A model generated the notes under the pieces. The model made no database searches. It was not told the origin of the DNA and saw only the letters and a program-made list of their open reading frames with translations. The translations under genes and the position numbers were made by a program. A stretch of 64,000 nucleotides of DNA from Truepera sp. (GTDB taxonomy: Bacteria > Deinococcota > Deinococci > Deinococcales > Trueperaceae): positions 2,048,001-2,112,000 of the forward strand of contig CBDCKW010000009.1 in the NCBI GenBank assembly GCA_965218435.1, given 5' to 3'. Shown here one piece after another: positions 49,750 to 60,886 of this stretch (the first letter of the stretch is position 1; every line of letters begins with the position of its first letter).

Positions 49750-51006
49750 GTGAACCGAACTGTCAACCGACTTAGTTTTTACGCGCTCGTTATTTTTTTC
49801 TTTTCGCTGCCGTGGCAAGATATCGTCAAGCTGCCGGGTAGCAACATTTTTTCCGTTTCACGTCTCGTTGGCTTGGTGCTCGTTATCGCCGGTTTAGGCG
49901 TAACCCTTCAGCGTGGAACCCTAAGACTACGAGTTCCAGCAGTCACGACCGTACTTACAGTGATGTTTGCGTTATGGGCAGTTTGCGGCAGTTTATGGAG
50001 TAGCGGCGGCCGTAGCAGTACGACTGTATTAGCCTTGACCTATGTGCAGCTCGCAGTGATGGCGCTCCTGATCTGGCAGCTCTGCCGCACCCTGCAAGAT
50101 CACCGCACTTTGCTCCAAGCATATGTTCTAGGCGCGTATATCGTCGCTGGGCAGATTGCTGTACAGTACCTGACCCATCCTTTTGCCCCTAATTCAACAC
50201 AGAGTATGGAACGTTATACCGGTCTAGGCGGAAACCCGAACAACACCGCTGCAGCCGTTGCGCTGGCACTGCCTATCGCGTGGTATCTAGGGCACTTTTG
50301 GGCGCGTGGACTGCTCCGGTGGCTGAACTATCTCTATTTGCCGCTCGCTATCTTCGCGATTATTTTGACGGCCTCGAGGGGCGGCTTTTTAGTTGCCTTG
50401 GTGGGACTTATGGTCGTACCACTGACCTTTAGACAGTTGCCACCTCGGGCTAGGGTAACGACGTTCGTCTTTGCGCTTTTATCGGTTGGCATTATTGTCA
50501 CAGTCGTGCCTCTCGCTAACTTTTCGCGCATTGCGCAAACCTCATCTGAAATCAGCGACGGCAACGTGAGTAACAGGGGTGTCATCTGGAAGGCCGGGTT
50601 ACAACTTTATACGGAAAGTCCGGTTATAGGGATTGGTACGGGTAGCTTTCTGAGCGCGGTTGGGCCTGTGCTCGGATACCGAATACCCGCCCATAACGCC
50701 TTTTTACTGGTTTTAGTCGAAATGGGTATCATCGGCTTTTTACTTTTTACGGTCAACTTTTTGGTGGTTCTTTGGCCGCTGTTACGGTTGCGGGGGCCGG
50801 AAAAGTTACTTTACTTGTGCCTCTGGTTGGCTCTAGTCGTCTCAATGTTGCCTTCAAACGTAGAAGACTCGCAGTACGTCTGGGGCTTTCTAACGCTGAT
50901 GGCGACGCGGCAAGCTTATACGCTAAGACTATCCGGACTTAACTCCCGGATGGACGCAGACAACCAAGAACCAACTACGGTTAAGCGGCCGGTCCATAGC
51001 CTGTAA
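49750..51006 (+). CDS. O-antigen ligase/Wzy_C family membrane protein
   Basis: GNPN, TASRGG, R..IW, GIGTGSF, AHNAFL. Confidence 0.85.
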   Translation: MNRTVNRLSFYALVIFFFSLPWQDIVKLPGSNIFSVSRLVGLVLVIAGLGVTLQRGTLRLRVPAVTTVLTVMFALWAVCGSLWSSGGRSSTTVLALTYVQLAVMALLIWQLCRTLQDHRTLLQAYVLGAYIVAGQIAVQYLTHPFAPNSTQSMERYTGLGGNPNNTAAAVALALPIAWYLGHFWARGLLRWLNYLYLPLAIFAIILTASRGGFLVALVGLMVVPLTFRQLPPRARVTTFVFALLSVGIIVTVVPLANFSRIAQTSSEISDGNVSNRGVIWKAGLQLYTESPVIGIGTGSFLSAVGPVLGYRIPAHNAFLLVLVEMGIIGFLLFTVNFLVVLWPLLRLRGPEKLLYLCLWLALVVSMLPSNVEDSQYVWGFLTLMATRQAYTLRLSGLNSRMDADNQEPTTVKRPVHSL

Positions 51007-51183
51007 CCCCGTAAACTCCGCAGCTCGTGAGCTCAGCTGGAGCAAAAAAGAATGTGGAACCCCGGTCGCGTGATCTTTGAGCGCCGCAAATTTATGAACA
51101 CTCGCTAAAGATGCCCCAAAGCCCCTACGTGTAGCGGCTGCTATACTCGCCTATGGGTTTCGCCCATACCTTTAGGAGGATAC

Positions 51184-52323
51184 ATGCGCAAGGTTCTACT
51201 CTCGCTTTTGACTTTAGGGCTGCCGTTAGCTGCAGCTCAAGACTACGTCTTTGGAATCACCTATGACGCGGGTGGTAAGTTCGACGGGTCATTTAACGAA
51301 GGGACGTTTAACGGCCTTTCAAAAGCCGTCAAAGAATTAAAAGAAGACGATGGACTTGCTATTGACGTGTTGGAATTTGAAGGTTCTCCCGACACCGCCG
51401 CTGAAGGGCAACGCAGCATGGCGTCTAAAGGCGCAGAACTCGTCATCGCACCCGGATTTTTACAGTACGACGCCATCACGTCTGTGAGCCGGGAGTTTCC
51501 CGACTCTGACTTTCTTTTGATAGACGCAGCACCCGCGACCGCAGAAGAGGCAACGCAATATCCCAATGTTCAGTTCGTTCTCTTTAAGGAGCACGAAGGC
51601 AGCTATTTAGTCGGCTACCTTGCCGGTAAGATGACCCAAACCGGCACGGTCGGATTTGTCGGCGGGATGGATATTCCGCTCATTCACGCGTTTGACCTTG
51701 GTTACCAAGAAGGCGTCAAGGCTGCCTGCCCCGACTGCAAGGTCATCTCTAACTACGTCGGTTCGACGCCCGCTGCCTGGAATGATCCGGCCCGCGCCCG
51801 TGAACTTGCGACCACGCAGCAAGCCCAAGGTGCAGATATTATCTACGCCGCCGCCGGCGCTTCAGGCAACGGCGTCATTGACTTCGTAACTCAGACGATG
51901 TGCTATCAGCCAAAAGGTGAGTTGCGCGTGTCACCTATGGCCGACGTTCTGCCCACTATCAAAAAACCTGCGGCCTATACCCAGAAGTGTGGCCAGAACA
52001 GTCAACCGCTCTTTTTTATCGGGGTGGACTCAAACCAAAACCCGCGCGGCGACACCGACGGCAACCCGGCTACCTTAAACTTCGGCCTGACGAGTATGCT
52101 TAAGCGCGTTGATACCGCCGCGTACAACGCAGTTTATGACGTGGTAGACGACAAGTTTGAAGGCGGCGTACAGAACCTCGGCTTAGCTGAAGACGGTGTA
52201 GGGTACGCCGTTGACAAGAACAACAAGGCGCTGATTCCACAAGCCGTCATTGACGAACTCGAGGCTACCCGTCAGCAGATTATTGACGGTAAAATTGTGG
52301 TCACGGACTACCGCGCGCAGTAA
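51184..52323 (+). CDS. BMP family ABC substrate-binding protein
   Basis: GGKFDGSFN, FKEHEGSYLVG, IGVDSNQ, TSMLKRVD. Confidence 0.92.
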   Translation: MRKVLLSLLTLGLPLAAAQDYVFGITYDAGGKFDGSFNEGTFNGLSKAVKELKEDDGLAIDVLEFEGSPDTAAEGQRSMASKGAELVIAPGFLQYDAITSVSREFPDSDFLLIDAAPATAEEATQYPNVQFVLFKEHEGSYLVGYLAGKMTQTGTVGFVGGMDIPLIHAFDLGYQEGVKAACPDCKVISNYVGSTPAAWNDPARARELATTQQAQGADIIYAAAGASGNGVIDFVTQTMCYQPKGELRVSPMADVLPTIKKPAAYTQKCGQNSQPLFFIGVDSNQNPRGDTDGNPATLNFGLTSMLKRVDTAAYNAVYDVVDDKFEGGVQNLGLAEDGVGYAVDKNNKALIPQAVIDELEATRQQIIDGKIVVTDYRAQ

Positions 52324-52358
52324 CTTTGCACCAACCTTATATCTGCTAAACCTCAGCC

Positions 52359-52384
52359 AGAGGCCCCGAGTGGGGCCTCTTTTA
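52359..52384 (+). terminator. Intrinsic terminator
   Basis: AGAGGCCCC-GAGT-GGGGCCTCT-TTT. Confidence 0.75.
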
Positions 52385-52386
52385 CT

Positions 52387-53004
52387 TTACTGAAGCGTAT
52401 AGATTCCGGCACAAAACGAAACCTGAACATAGTCGGCTTCAAATCCTTGCTGTTCCAAAAGCGGCAAGGCTTCTTCAGCTACCCAGTAATATTCGCTCTC
52501 ATCCCAGACGCTCTGCCACTTTTGCCGAACTGCGGCTCTGGACTCAGCTGTTGCAAAAGAGATGTCGCCTACGACAATACGGCCACCAGGCCCCAGCAAC
52601 CCGGCCAAGCGGGTGAGCAGCTTGATTTTCGTCTCGAGCTCAAACTCGTGTAAAACGTAGGCAGAGACGATGGCAGTAAAACGGCGAGTCCCTAGGTCAC
52701 CCCAATCACCGAGCAGGTCGAGCTGTTTGAAATCGGCGTTGGGGACGTTAAGCCGCGCTTGTTCCAGCATCTTTTCCGATAGGTCTACGCCCAGCACGTA
52801 GCAGCCAAGCTCAGCAAAACGGGCGGCCAAGGCTCCGGTGCCGGTTCCTACATCCAAAACAGTGGCCCCGTCTCCCATCTCAGCTCCACCGACAACTTCG
52901 CCAAGTACCAGGCTATAACCTTCAAAAGGAAACCCGGCAGCGTCTTCTAAACCCTCGTCATAAGTCTCGGCCCAATCGTCAAACAGCTCTTTACGTTCAG
53001 GCAT
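52387..53004 (-). CDS. Class I SAM-dependent methyltransferase
   Basis: FDDWAETYD, VLDVGTGTG, GVDLS. Confidence 0.9.
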   Translation of the reverse strand: MPERKELFDDWAETYDEGLEDAAGFPFEGYSLVLGEVVGGAEMGDGATVLDVGTGTGALAARFAELGCYVLGVDLSEKMLEQARLNVPNADFKQLDLLGDWGDLGTRRFTAIVSAYVLHEFELETKIKLLTRLAGLLGPGGRIVVGDISFATAESRAAVRQKWQSVWDESEYYWVAEEALPLLEQQGFEADYVQVSFCAGIYTLQ

Positions 53005-53044
53005 ATGCCTCCCTATTCGCGAGCACCATGCTACAATCTTCAGT

Positions 53045-53499
<455 letters not shown>

Positions 53500-53513
53500 C
53501 TTTTTTAAGCGTT

Positions 53514-53541
53514 AAGCGTAGCGGCGTCGCTGCGCTTTTTT
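53514..53541 (+). terminator. rnpB terminator
   Basis: AAGCGTAGCG-4nt-CGCTGCGCTT-T run. Confidence 0.65.
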
Positions 53542-53759
53542 GGGTTCGGACGTATCTTTAAGTGAAGTGTAGTTACAGACATTCTGACCGAAATGCGCAT
53601 CACTTGACGCCACACGTTTTATGATGCTGATAGTCAACATTTCTTCGTAGCATATCTGAGAATACCGTCTAAGTAGACTCCACACAAAATATCAAACATC
53701 TCCTCGAGCAGCTCTGCGTGGGAGGACTCTATAAGAAACCCACTGAAGAAGGGAAAAAT

Positions 53760-53798
53760 GTGGGGGCTTGTGGGAGAACGTGGGAAAGTGTGTTAAAC
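53760..53798 (+). promoter_or_regulatory. MraZ-binding boxes overlapping the dcw promoter
   Basis: GTGGG at 53760, 53770 and 53780 (10-bp period), then TGtTAAACT. Confidence 0.8.
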
Positions 53799-53899
53799 TT
53801 CACCCTAGTTGGAATCACGTGTACTGCAACGTTTACTGCGGGCTTAAACAGGTGTAGCGGCTAAGCGGTACGAAACTCTAGGTGGGAGATAGGTGGAGA

Positions 53900-54328
53900 A
53901 TGCCATTTGGCGAATATCCTTACGCGGTGGACGACAAAGGGCGAGTCATCGTCCCCCCACCGTTTCGGGAATTCGTCGAAGACGGCATGATTATTACCCG
54001 TGGGATGGAAAAATGTCTCTACGTGTTTCCCATGACGGCGTGGTCACGGGTCGTCAAGCAACTCGACGAACTGCCGATGACCGACCCCAAAGCACGCAAG
54101 TTTTTACGTTACTTTTACTCCGGCGCGGCCAAAGCCAAGATAGACGCGGCGGGCCGCATTACGCTGCCGGGAACACTGCGCACCTTTGCGGGGCTCGAGA
54201 ACAGCGTGATGGTCGCGGGCGCACCGAACCACCTCGAGATTTGGAACGAAACGCGCTGGAACGAAGCGATCGAAGCGATGCACGACGACCTCGACGCGCC
54301 CGAGCTGCTCCAAGGGATGGTCGGATGA
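53900..54328 (+). CDS. mraZ: Division/cell-wall cluster repressor
   Basis: DDKGR and DAAGR SpoVT-AbrB repeats. Confidence 0.95.
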   Translation: MPFGEYPYAVDDKGRVIVPPPFREFVEDGMIITRGMEKCLYVFPMTAWSRVVKQLDELPMTDPKARKFLRYFYSGAAKAKIDAAGRITLPGTLRTFAGLENSVMVAGAPNHLEIWNETRWNEAIEAMHDDLDAPELLQGMVG

Positions 54329-55263
54329 CCCGTTCTGAGGCCGCACCGGGCAGCGCCCCGCACGCCCCGGTGATGTTAAACGAGTGCCTAGAGCACCTGA
54401 ACGTCAAACCCGGCGCTTGGTACCTTGACGGCACCTTCGGCGCAGGGGGGCATACCAACGCGATTTTGGCAGCGGGCGGGCGCGTGCTGGCGCTTGACCG
54501 CGACCCGCAGGTGCAACGGTTTTTAGACGCGGACGCGTTAGGGACGGGCCACCTGCTCTTTGCCGAAGGTTCCTTTAGCGAGCTGGACGTTCACGCTGAA
54601 CGCCTCGGCGTCGCGCCGGTCGCCGGAGTCCTCCTCGATTTGGGCGTCTCGTCCATGCAGCTCGACGAAGGTGAACGCGGGTTTTCGTTTCGGCACTCCG
54701 GTCCGCTCGATATGCGGATGGGACGGACCGGACTTTCCGCCGCCGACCTGGTCAACCACGCCTCACCCGACGAACTCGCCAGCTTGATCTTCCGCTACGG
54801 CGAAGACCGTTACAGCCGCCGCATCGCGCGGCGTATCGCCGAGGCGCGGGACGCTGCGCCTATCGAGACCACCCAAGAGCTCGCCGAGGTCATCGCCCGC
54901 GCCTATCCGCCCGGTAAACGCCGCGACCATCCGGCAAGGCGCACCTTTCAGGCGCTCCGCATCGCCGTAAACGATGAGTTAGGCGAATTGCAAGGTGCGC
55001 TTTCAGTGCTAGAGCGCACCTTGGCACCCGAAGGTCGCGCCGTGGTGTTGACCTATCACTCGTTAGAAGACCGCATCGTCAAACATTTTTTTAAAGGTAA
55101 CCCGAACTTTACGCCGCTCCACAAACGCCCCTTGACCGCCACCGAAGAAGAAACCTTACTTAATCCAAGGGCGCGCAGCGCCAAGTTGCGCGCCGCTCAG
55201 TTTGCTGACATCCGGCCCAGTGACGTTACCGGCCCAACTGCGCCCCCAAAGAAACTGCTCTGA
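54325..55263 (+). CDS. rsmH: 16S rRNA m4C1402 methyltransferase
   Basis: HAPVM, DGTFGAGGH, DLGVSSMQLD, HSLEDR, SAKLR. Confidence 0.96.
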   Translation: MTRSEAAPGSAPHAPVMLNECLEHLNVKPGAWYLDGTFGAGGHTNAILAAGGRVLALDRDPQVQRFLDADALGTGHLLFAEGSFSELDVHAERLGVAPVAGVLLDLGVSSMQLDEGERGFSFRHSGPLDMRMGRTGLSAADLVNHASPDELASLIFRYGEDRYSRRIARRIAEARDAAPIETTQELAEVIARAYPPGKRRDHPARRTFQALRIAVNDELGELQGALSVLERTLAPEGRAVVLTYHSLEDRIVKHFFKGNPNFTPLHKRPLTATEEETLLNPRARSAKLRAAQFADIRPSDVTGPTAPPKKLL

Positions 55264-55284
55264 AGAAACTGCTGTGAGGAACCC

Positions 55285-55611
55285 GTGATGACCAAATCCA
55301 GCCGCCGCCTGCTCGCGCTCTATCTGAGTGCACTTCTGGCACTCGCCTATTTGGGCGTACACAACCAAACCGGTTACCGTCAGCACGAGTACCTGCTGCA
55401 GCAAAAGAGAGTGTTGCAGCTGCAACTTCAAGGTTTGCGCCGCGACGCGGCCCTCGTCAACGGGACGCTCACCGTACGGCAGTGGGCGCTCGAGCGGGGC
55501 ATGGTGCCCGCCCCCGAAGCACTCAATATTCGTGAAGTGAACGCCGGTCCTGCACCCGTAGCAGCCCCTTTGCCGCAAGGCGAGTTGGAGGTAGATACCC
55601 TATGGCACTAA
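55285..55611 (+). CDS. ftsL: FtsL-like bitopic division protein
   Basis: TM plus coiled coil, WALERGMVP; position between rsmH and ftsI. Confidence 0.6.
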   Translation: MMTKSSRRLLALYLSALLALAYLGVHNQTGYRQHEYLLQQKRVLQLQLQGLRRDAALVNGTLTVRQWALERGMVPAPEALNIREVNAGPAPVAAPLPQGELEVDTLWH

Positions 55612-57065
55612 GACCTGTAAATGTCCCTGAGCTGACGCGCCGCCGCACCCGGGTTCGGTCCCGCGTCCAGGTTCAGCCCCTGCCTGCGCCCCAAGCGGAG
55701 TCGGACTACGGTTCCTTACGGCTTCGGCGCGGCTGGCTTTTCGTCTTGTGCCTAGGTCTTCCCCTCTTGCTGGGATTAGGTGGCTTTGTGGGGGCCGGGA
55801 TTCGGCTTCCGAGCTGGCCTGCGCTGTTGGCGGAACCCCCGTTACGCGGCACGATTTACGCCGCCGACGGCACCGTCTTAGCCGAAGGTGACGCCGAAGC
55901 GCGGAGTTACCCCCAGGGAACCTTGGCCGCACAGCTGCTCGGGTTTAGCGGCGCTGAACAACCCGATAAGACCCACGGGTTAGAGGGGCTCGAGCGCAAA
56001 CTCGATACCGAATTACAAGCCGGTCACAGCGTCACGCTGACGCTCGACCCGAACGTTCAGGGCATCGTTCAGACCGAACTAGAACACGCGGTTAAACTCC
56101 ACGGCGCACGAAACGGCGTGATGGTCATGCTCGAGGCCGGGTCGGGCCGGGTGCTGGCGAGCGCGTCGTATCCGACCTTTGACCCCAATACCCAGGGAAA
56201 TTTGGTCGGCTCCGGCCGCGACGTTATCGGCAACAGCCCGATGATGGCCGCCGTTGAACCCGGTTCGGTGATGAAACCCTTTGTCGTCGCAGCTTTGCTA
56301 CAAGACCATAAACTCCGGGCCGACGAGGTGTTGGATGTAGCGATGCAGCGGCGGGTCGGCAGCAAAACGTTTACGGACGTAACCGCCCACGAACCAACTC
56401 TGGCGATTAAGGACATTTTGCGGTACTCGTCTAACGTCGGGATGATCGAACTCGGTGAACGCTTCTCGTCGGAGGAGCTGGCCGCTTGGTATCACCGCTA
56501 CGGTTTCGGAGAGCCCGTCGGCGTCCACTTTGCCAGCAGCGCCGCCGGGATCATCAACCCGCCCGAAAATTGGGTGCCACAAGATCACGCCTCGGCGGTG
56601 ATCGGTCAGAGCATGTCGGCGACCGCCTTACAACTCGCGGCAGCCTACAGCATCTTCGCTAATGACGGGCGCTACGTGACGCCGCAAGTCGTCGAGTCCG
56701 AAGTAGGTAAAGTCGCGGCCACACAAATTTTAGACCCGGCGGTGGCGCGTACGGTCCGGGGGATGCTCACCTATACGGTTCAAAACAGCGGCCTTAAAGC
56801 CGCCAAGATTCCGGGCGTCGAGGTGGCCGGTAAGTCCGGCAGCGCCGACCTTTTTGATATCGCCAAGGGTAAATATATCGACGCCGGAACCTTGTCGTTT
56901 GCGGGCATGTTCCCAGCCGAACATCCCAAGGTCATCGGCGTCATGTATTTGCAACGCGTCAAAGAAAAAGGAGCCTTAAGTGTATCGGTCACCGCGCCCG
57001 CCTTTCGTGAGATCGGCGCACAAACGGTCGCACTATGGGATGAGGCGGCGCTCGAGGGTCACTAA
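55602..57065 (+). CDS. ftsI: Class B penicillin-binding protein
   Basis: RGTI, GLE, SVMK, SSN, KSG. Confidence 0.88.
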   Translation: MALRPVNVPELTRRRTRVRSRVQVQPLPAPQAESDYGSLRLRRGWLFVLCLGLPLLLGLGGFVGAGIRLPSWPALLAEPPLRGTIYAADGTVLAEGDAEARSYPQGTLAAQLLGFSGAEQPDKTHGLEGLERKLDTELQAGHSVTLTLDPNVQGIVQTELEHAVKLHGARNGVMVMLEAGSGRVLASASYPTFDPNTQGNLVGSGRDVIGNSPMMAAVEPGSVMKPFVVAALLQDHKLRADEVLDVAMQRRVGSKTFTDVTAHEPTLAIKDILRYSSNVGMIELGERFSSEELAAWYHRYGFGEPVGVHFASSAAGIINPPENWVPQDHASAVIGQSMSATALQLAAAYSIFANDGRYVTPQVVESEVGKVAATQILDPAVARTVRGMLTYTVQNSGLKAAKIPGVEVAGKSGSADLFDIAKGKYIDAGTLSFAGMFPAEHPKVIGVMYLQRVKEKGALSVSVTAPAFREIGAQTVALWDEAALEGH

Positions 57066-57186
57066 GTTATGGCTCCATTACGGCTGAGGCAAGTAGGTGT
57101 ATAATGAGTATGATGCGCATAGTGCTCAGTAGCTATACCCCTATCTGCACCTTTACTTATATTGTGCTGGGGGGCCGGAGGCTTAC

Positions 57187-58491
57187 GTGATAGAGCCGTA
57201 CAACCTAAACCCGGAGAGACTCGCCGAACAAGGCCGTGGGCGTGCCGCCCCTGATCTGCCTGCTGCTGGCGGCGTTAGCTTTCACAGTCAGCGCGTCCGT
57301 CCCCGCGACGCTTTTTTTGCGCTGCCCGGCGCAGCCGAACACGGGTTGCGTTACGCGGGCGCGGCGCTCGCGGCGGGCGCTGCTTATATCGTTTCCGACA
57401 GGCCGCACCCGCGGGGCGTGACCGTTCCCGACCCGGCAGGGCTTCTGTTAGCGTTAGGGGCCGACGCCCGGAGCGCACTCCAGGGAATCGTCATCGGCGT
57501 CACCGGTTCGGCAGGGAAAACGACGTGTAAGGCTCTTTTAGGTGCCGCTTTGGAGGCTGAAGTTACACCGGGCAATTTCAATACGCCCTTTGCCCTCGCG
57601 CAGACTTTAGTGAACACTGCCGCACAAGGTCACACCGGAAAAAACGCACGGCTCGTGCTCGAGCTGGGCATCGACCACCCCGGCGAGATGGACACGCTGC
57701 TAGCACTCGCGCGGCCCACGCACGCCGTTTTGACGCTGATTGCGCCGAGTCACCTGGCCGGTTTAGGCAGCGTCGCGGGCGTCGCCCGCGAAAAGCTCAA
57801 GCTCGTTGACGCCGCTGAGTACGCGCTCGTCAGCACGCAAGCCGCAGCTTTTTTGAGCTCGGCGCAGCGGCGCAGGGTCGTCACGTACGGGTTCAAAAAT
57901 GCCGACGTGACCGGAACGCTTTCCGACATTTCAGCTAAGGGTCAGACTCTCTCAGCTCTCGGCGTCAAAGTTAACTTGCCGTTTGTCGGGGCGGCGCTCG
58001 CTGAGAGCGCGTTGGCAGCTCTCGCCTTAGCTGCGCAGCTGGGCGATGACTTGGGGGCTGCGGCAACGAAACTAGCGCACGTCCGGCGCGAGCCCGGTCG
58101 CTTGCAAGTCCATCAGTTGGGGCCGCTCACGCTGTTAGACGATTCGTACAACAGCAATCCTGCGTCGGCAGCGGCGGCGCTGGAAACTTTACGGCACTTT
58201 CCGAGGCCGCACGCCGCAGTTTTGGGCGACATGCTCGAGCTCGGCGCAGGTTCGGCGCGGTTTCATAGAGAATTAGGCGAACAAACGACCGGATTAGACA
58301 AGGTCATTGCAGTGGGGCCGGAGATGCGGGCACTTTTACGGGGAAACTCAGCTGCACATTACTTTGAAACGTTTGACTTAAAAACGCTGCTGGCCGAACT
58401 GCCCGAACGCGGGACGCTGCTGGTCAAGGGCTCGAGGGGGACGCGGCTCGAGCGCCTTGTCACGGCCCTTCTTGAAGGAGTCGGCGCGTGA
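57187..58491 (+). CDS. murF: UDP-MurNAc-tripeptide:D-Ala-D-Ala ligase
   Basis: GSAGKTT, GNFN, DSYNSNP, LGDMLELG, KGSRG. Confidence 0.93.
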   Translation: MIEPYNLNPERLAEQGRGRAAPDLPAAGGVSFHSQRVRPRDAFFALPGAAEHGLRYAGAALAAGAAYIVSDRPHPRGVTVPDPAGLLLALGADARSALQGIVIGVTGSAGKTTCKALLGAALEAEVTPGNFNTPFALAQTLVNTAAQGHTGKNARLVLELGIDHPGEMDTLLALARPTHAVLTLIAPSHLAGLGSVAGVAREKLKLVDAAEYALVSTQAAAFLSSAQRRRVVTYGFKNADVTGTLSDISAKGQTLSALGVKVNLPFVGAALAESALAALALAAQLGDDLGAAATKLAHVRREPGRLQVHQLGPLTLLDDSYNSNPASAAAALETLRHFPRPHAAVLGDMLELGAGSARFHRELGEQTTGLDKVIAVGPEMRALLRGNSAAHYFETFDLKTLLAELPERGTLLVKGSRGTRLERLVTALLEGVGA

Positions 58492-59507
58492 TTATCCTCG
58501 TCTCTGCGCTGCTGTCGCTCCTCTTCGTCGGCACTTTTATCCAGCTCGCACCCCGCTACGGGTGGGGCAAAGACATCCGTCCGGACGGACCGGATCACCA
58601 AGCCAAGGCCGGAACCCCGACGATGGGCGGCGCGGCGTTTTTGCTGGCGGCACTGTTAACGTGGCTTTTTTTCGGCAGCCCCGGTGTGGACAGCCTCGCC
58701 GTCGCTCTCTTAACGCTCGCCGTCGCAGGCTTGGGACTGTTGGACGACCTCACCGCCCTCCGCAAAAAGCGGCGTGTCACCAGCTCGGCAGAGGAACCCT
58801 CACCCAAACCACCGCTTAAAACGCCTTTAGTGACGGTTACAAAAACCGATGCCGAACCCGGTGAAGCTGACGAAACAGAGGATAAACCTAGAATGACGCT
58901 TGACCTGACGACGGGCGTGTTGGCACGCTACCGGCTGCTCGTCCAGGCGCTGGCGGCGCTGCCTTTTGCTATCTACGCCGTAAGGAACGGGCAAGAGCTG
59001 TTCGGCTCGGGCTTGATTGACACGCTCGGATTCATGTTTATTATCGTCGGGGCGATTAACGCGCTCAACTTTAGCGACGGCCTAGACGGGCTCGCCGGAG
59101 GGATAGCGATCATTATCTTGCTGCCGTTTATCGGCGTAAGTTTCGTCGGGGCGCTCGTCGGGGCGCTGCTCGGCTTTTTGTGGTTTAACATTCACCCGTC
59201 AAGGGTCTTTATGGGCGGCGTCGGGTCAGAGGCGTTAGGGGCCGCCGTTGCAGGGACAGCGATCTTGGCGGGTTGGGGCTGGTGGCTGCCGCTCATTGCC
59301 CTGGTGCCGATGCTCGAGGTCGTCTCGGTCATCATTCAGGTGCCTTACTTCCGCTTAACCGGCGGCAAACGGTTTTTTAAGATGACGCCGCTGCATCATC
59401 ACTTTGAAAAGTCGGGCTGGCCGGAGACTCAGGTCACGCTCCGTTTTTGGCTCGTCACGGCAGTCTGTGTCGGGCTGGCGTGGGGCCTTAAAGGTGGGCT
59501 GCAGTGA
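58488..59507 (+). CDS. mraY: Phospho-MurNAc-pentapeptide transferase
   Basis: TPTMGG, GLLDD, NFSDGLDGL, FMG, PLHHHFE. Confidence 0.95.
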   Translation: MIILVSALLSLLFVGTFIQLAPRYGWGKDIRPDGPDHQAKAGTPTMGGAAFLLAALLTWLFFGSPGVDSLAVALLTLAVAGLGLLDDLTALRKKRRVTSSAEEPSPKPPLKTPLVTVTKTDAEPGEADETEDKPRMTLDLTTGVLARYRLLVQALAALPFAIYAVRNGQELFGSGLIDTLGFMFIIVGAINALNFSDGLDGLAGGIAIIILLPFIGVSFVGALVGALLGFLWFNIHPSRVFMGGVGSEALGAAVAGTAILAGWGWWLPLIALVPMLEVVSVIIQVPYFRLTGGKRFFKMTPLHHHFEKSGWPETQVTLRFWLVTAVCVGLAWGLKGGLQ

Positions 59508-60886
59508 GTCAGCTCGGCGTATCTAAAAAAGTGCTTGTTTACGGCCTCGGGCGGAGCGGCAGCGCCGTAGCGCAGCTGTTACGGCGGCAGGGTCATGAGG
59601 TCTGGACCTATGACGCCGCAGCACCGCAAGGTGACGAGTTAGCCGTGCTCGGCTGCATCCGCACCGACACGCCGCTGACAGTACCAGCAGACCTCTGTAT
59701 CGCCGCCCCCGGTGTCCCTTACGACGCGCCTGACTTGCTGGCGTTAAGAGCGCGAGGCGTCGAGACCATCGGCGAAGTCGAGTGGGTTTACCGCTCCGTC
59801 CCCGCTGAGATCATCGGCATCACCGGCACTGCCGGAAAAACGACGACGACACGCTGGCTCTCGCACGTCTTGACGAATGCAGGGCTCGACGCGCCTGCGG
59901 GCGGCAACGTGGACCCGGCGCTCGCCGCCGTCGCCGAACCGGGCGCGACGCTCGTGACCGAACTCTCGTCGTTTCAACTCGAGCGGTGCCCCACCCTCAA
60001 ACCGAAGGTCGCTGTGCTGCTCAATTTAGGCGTAGACCACCTCGACCGGCACGGCTCGGTGGCGGCGTACCACGCCGCTAAACGCACCCTGATCCAGCAC
60101 CTGACCGGGGCCGAAACACTGGTCTACAACCAAGACGATCCGGTGTTGCGGAGGTGGGCTGCCGAGTCGGAGGCAAGGGCGTGGGGATTCTCAGCGTCCA
60201 ATCCTGACGCTAAAGCGTATATAGACGGCGACACGCTCACGCTGCACGGTGCGCCGCTGGTCACCGCAGCCGAGCTGCAGCTTGCCGGACAGCACCACCT
60301 GCTAAACGCGCTCGCGGTCGCGCTGGCGGCGTCCGCGCGGGGTCTGGGCGCTGAGGCGATACGGGCCGGACTCACTACCTTTACCGGCGTGCCGGGGCGT
60401 TACAGCCTGGTTGCCGAAGCCGCGGGCGTCCGCTTTATTGAAGATTCGGTCGCGACGCGGACCCTCGCCGTGTTGGCAGCGTTAGAGGCGACGCCCGCCC
60501 CGATTGTCTGGCTGGTCGGCGGGCAAGATAAGGGCGCGGACTTGGCCCCGTTAGAGGCGCTCGTACGGGCCAGGGTCGTGCGCTGCATCGGTCTCGGTGA
60601 AGCGGGCAGAGGGTTTACCGAACGCATGGCTTCCTGGACAGCCGTGCGTTATGTTGAGACCGAAGACGGTGAACGGGCGCTGCTCGAGGCGGTTACCCTG
60701 GCCGCAGCGACCTTACGTGAGAGCGGTGGGACGGTCCTCTTGGCTCCTCTAGCCGCTTCATTCGATCAGTTTCGTGACTACCGGGTGCGCGCTGACGCCT
60801 TTCGCCGCGCTGTACATAGCGTCGTCGCGCAGCTGAGGACTGAGCGACCCGCCGCAGAAAGCGCCTTATGGACCCTCTCTTACTAG
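59504..60886 (+). CDS. murD: UDP-MurNAc-L-Ala:D-Glu ligase
   Basis: GLGRSG, GTAGKTT, ELSSFQL, DHLDRH, ASFDQF. Confidence 0.95.
   Translation: MSQLGVSKKVLVYGLGRSGSAVAQLLRRQGHEVWTYDAAAPQGDELAVLGCIRTDTPLTVPADLCIAAPGVPYDAPDLLALRARGVETIGEVEWVYRSVPAEIIGITGTAGKTTTTRWLSHVLTNAGLDAPAGGNVDPALAAVAEPGATLVTELSSFQLERCPTLKPKVAVLLNLGVDHLDRHGSVAAYHAAKRTLIQHLTGAETLVYNQDDPVLRRWAAESEARAWGFSASNPDAKAYIDGDTLTLHGAPLVTAAELQLAGQHHLLNALAVALAASARGLGAEAIRAGLTTFTGVPGRYSLVAEAAGVRFIEDSVATRTLAVLAALEATPAPIVWLVGGQDKGADLAPLEALVRARVVRCIGLGEAGRGFTERMASWTAVRYVETEDGERALLEAVTLAAATLRESGGTVLLAPLAASFDQFRDYRVRADAFRRAVHSVVAQLRTERPAAESALWTLSY

Noticed and set aside
53893..54324. N-terminal extension of the 456-aa RsmH ORF
   Set aside because: Overlaps mraZ out of frame; the ATGA-coupled start at 54325 fits
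57066..57186. murE missing from the dcw cluster
   Set aside because: As far as I recall this is the usual Thermus-type order; the gap holds only a plausible internal promoter (TGTATAAT)
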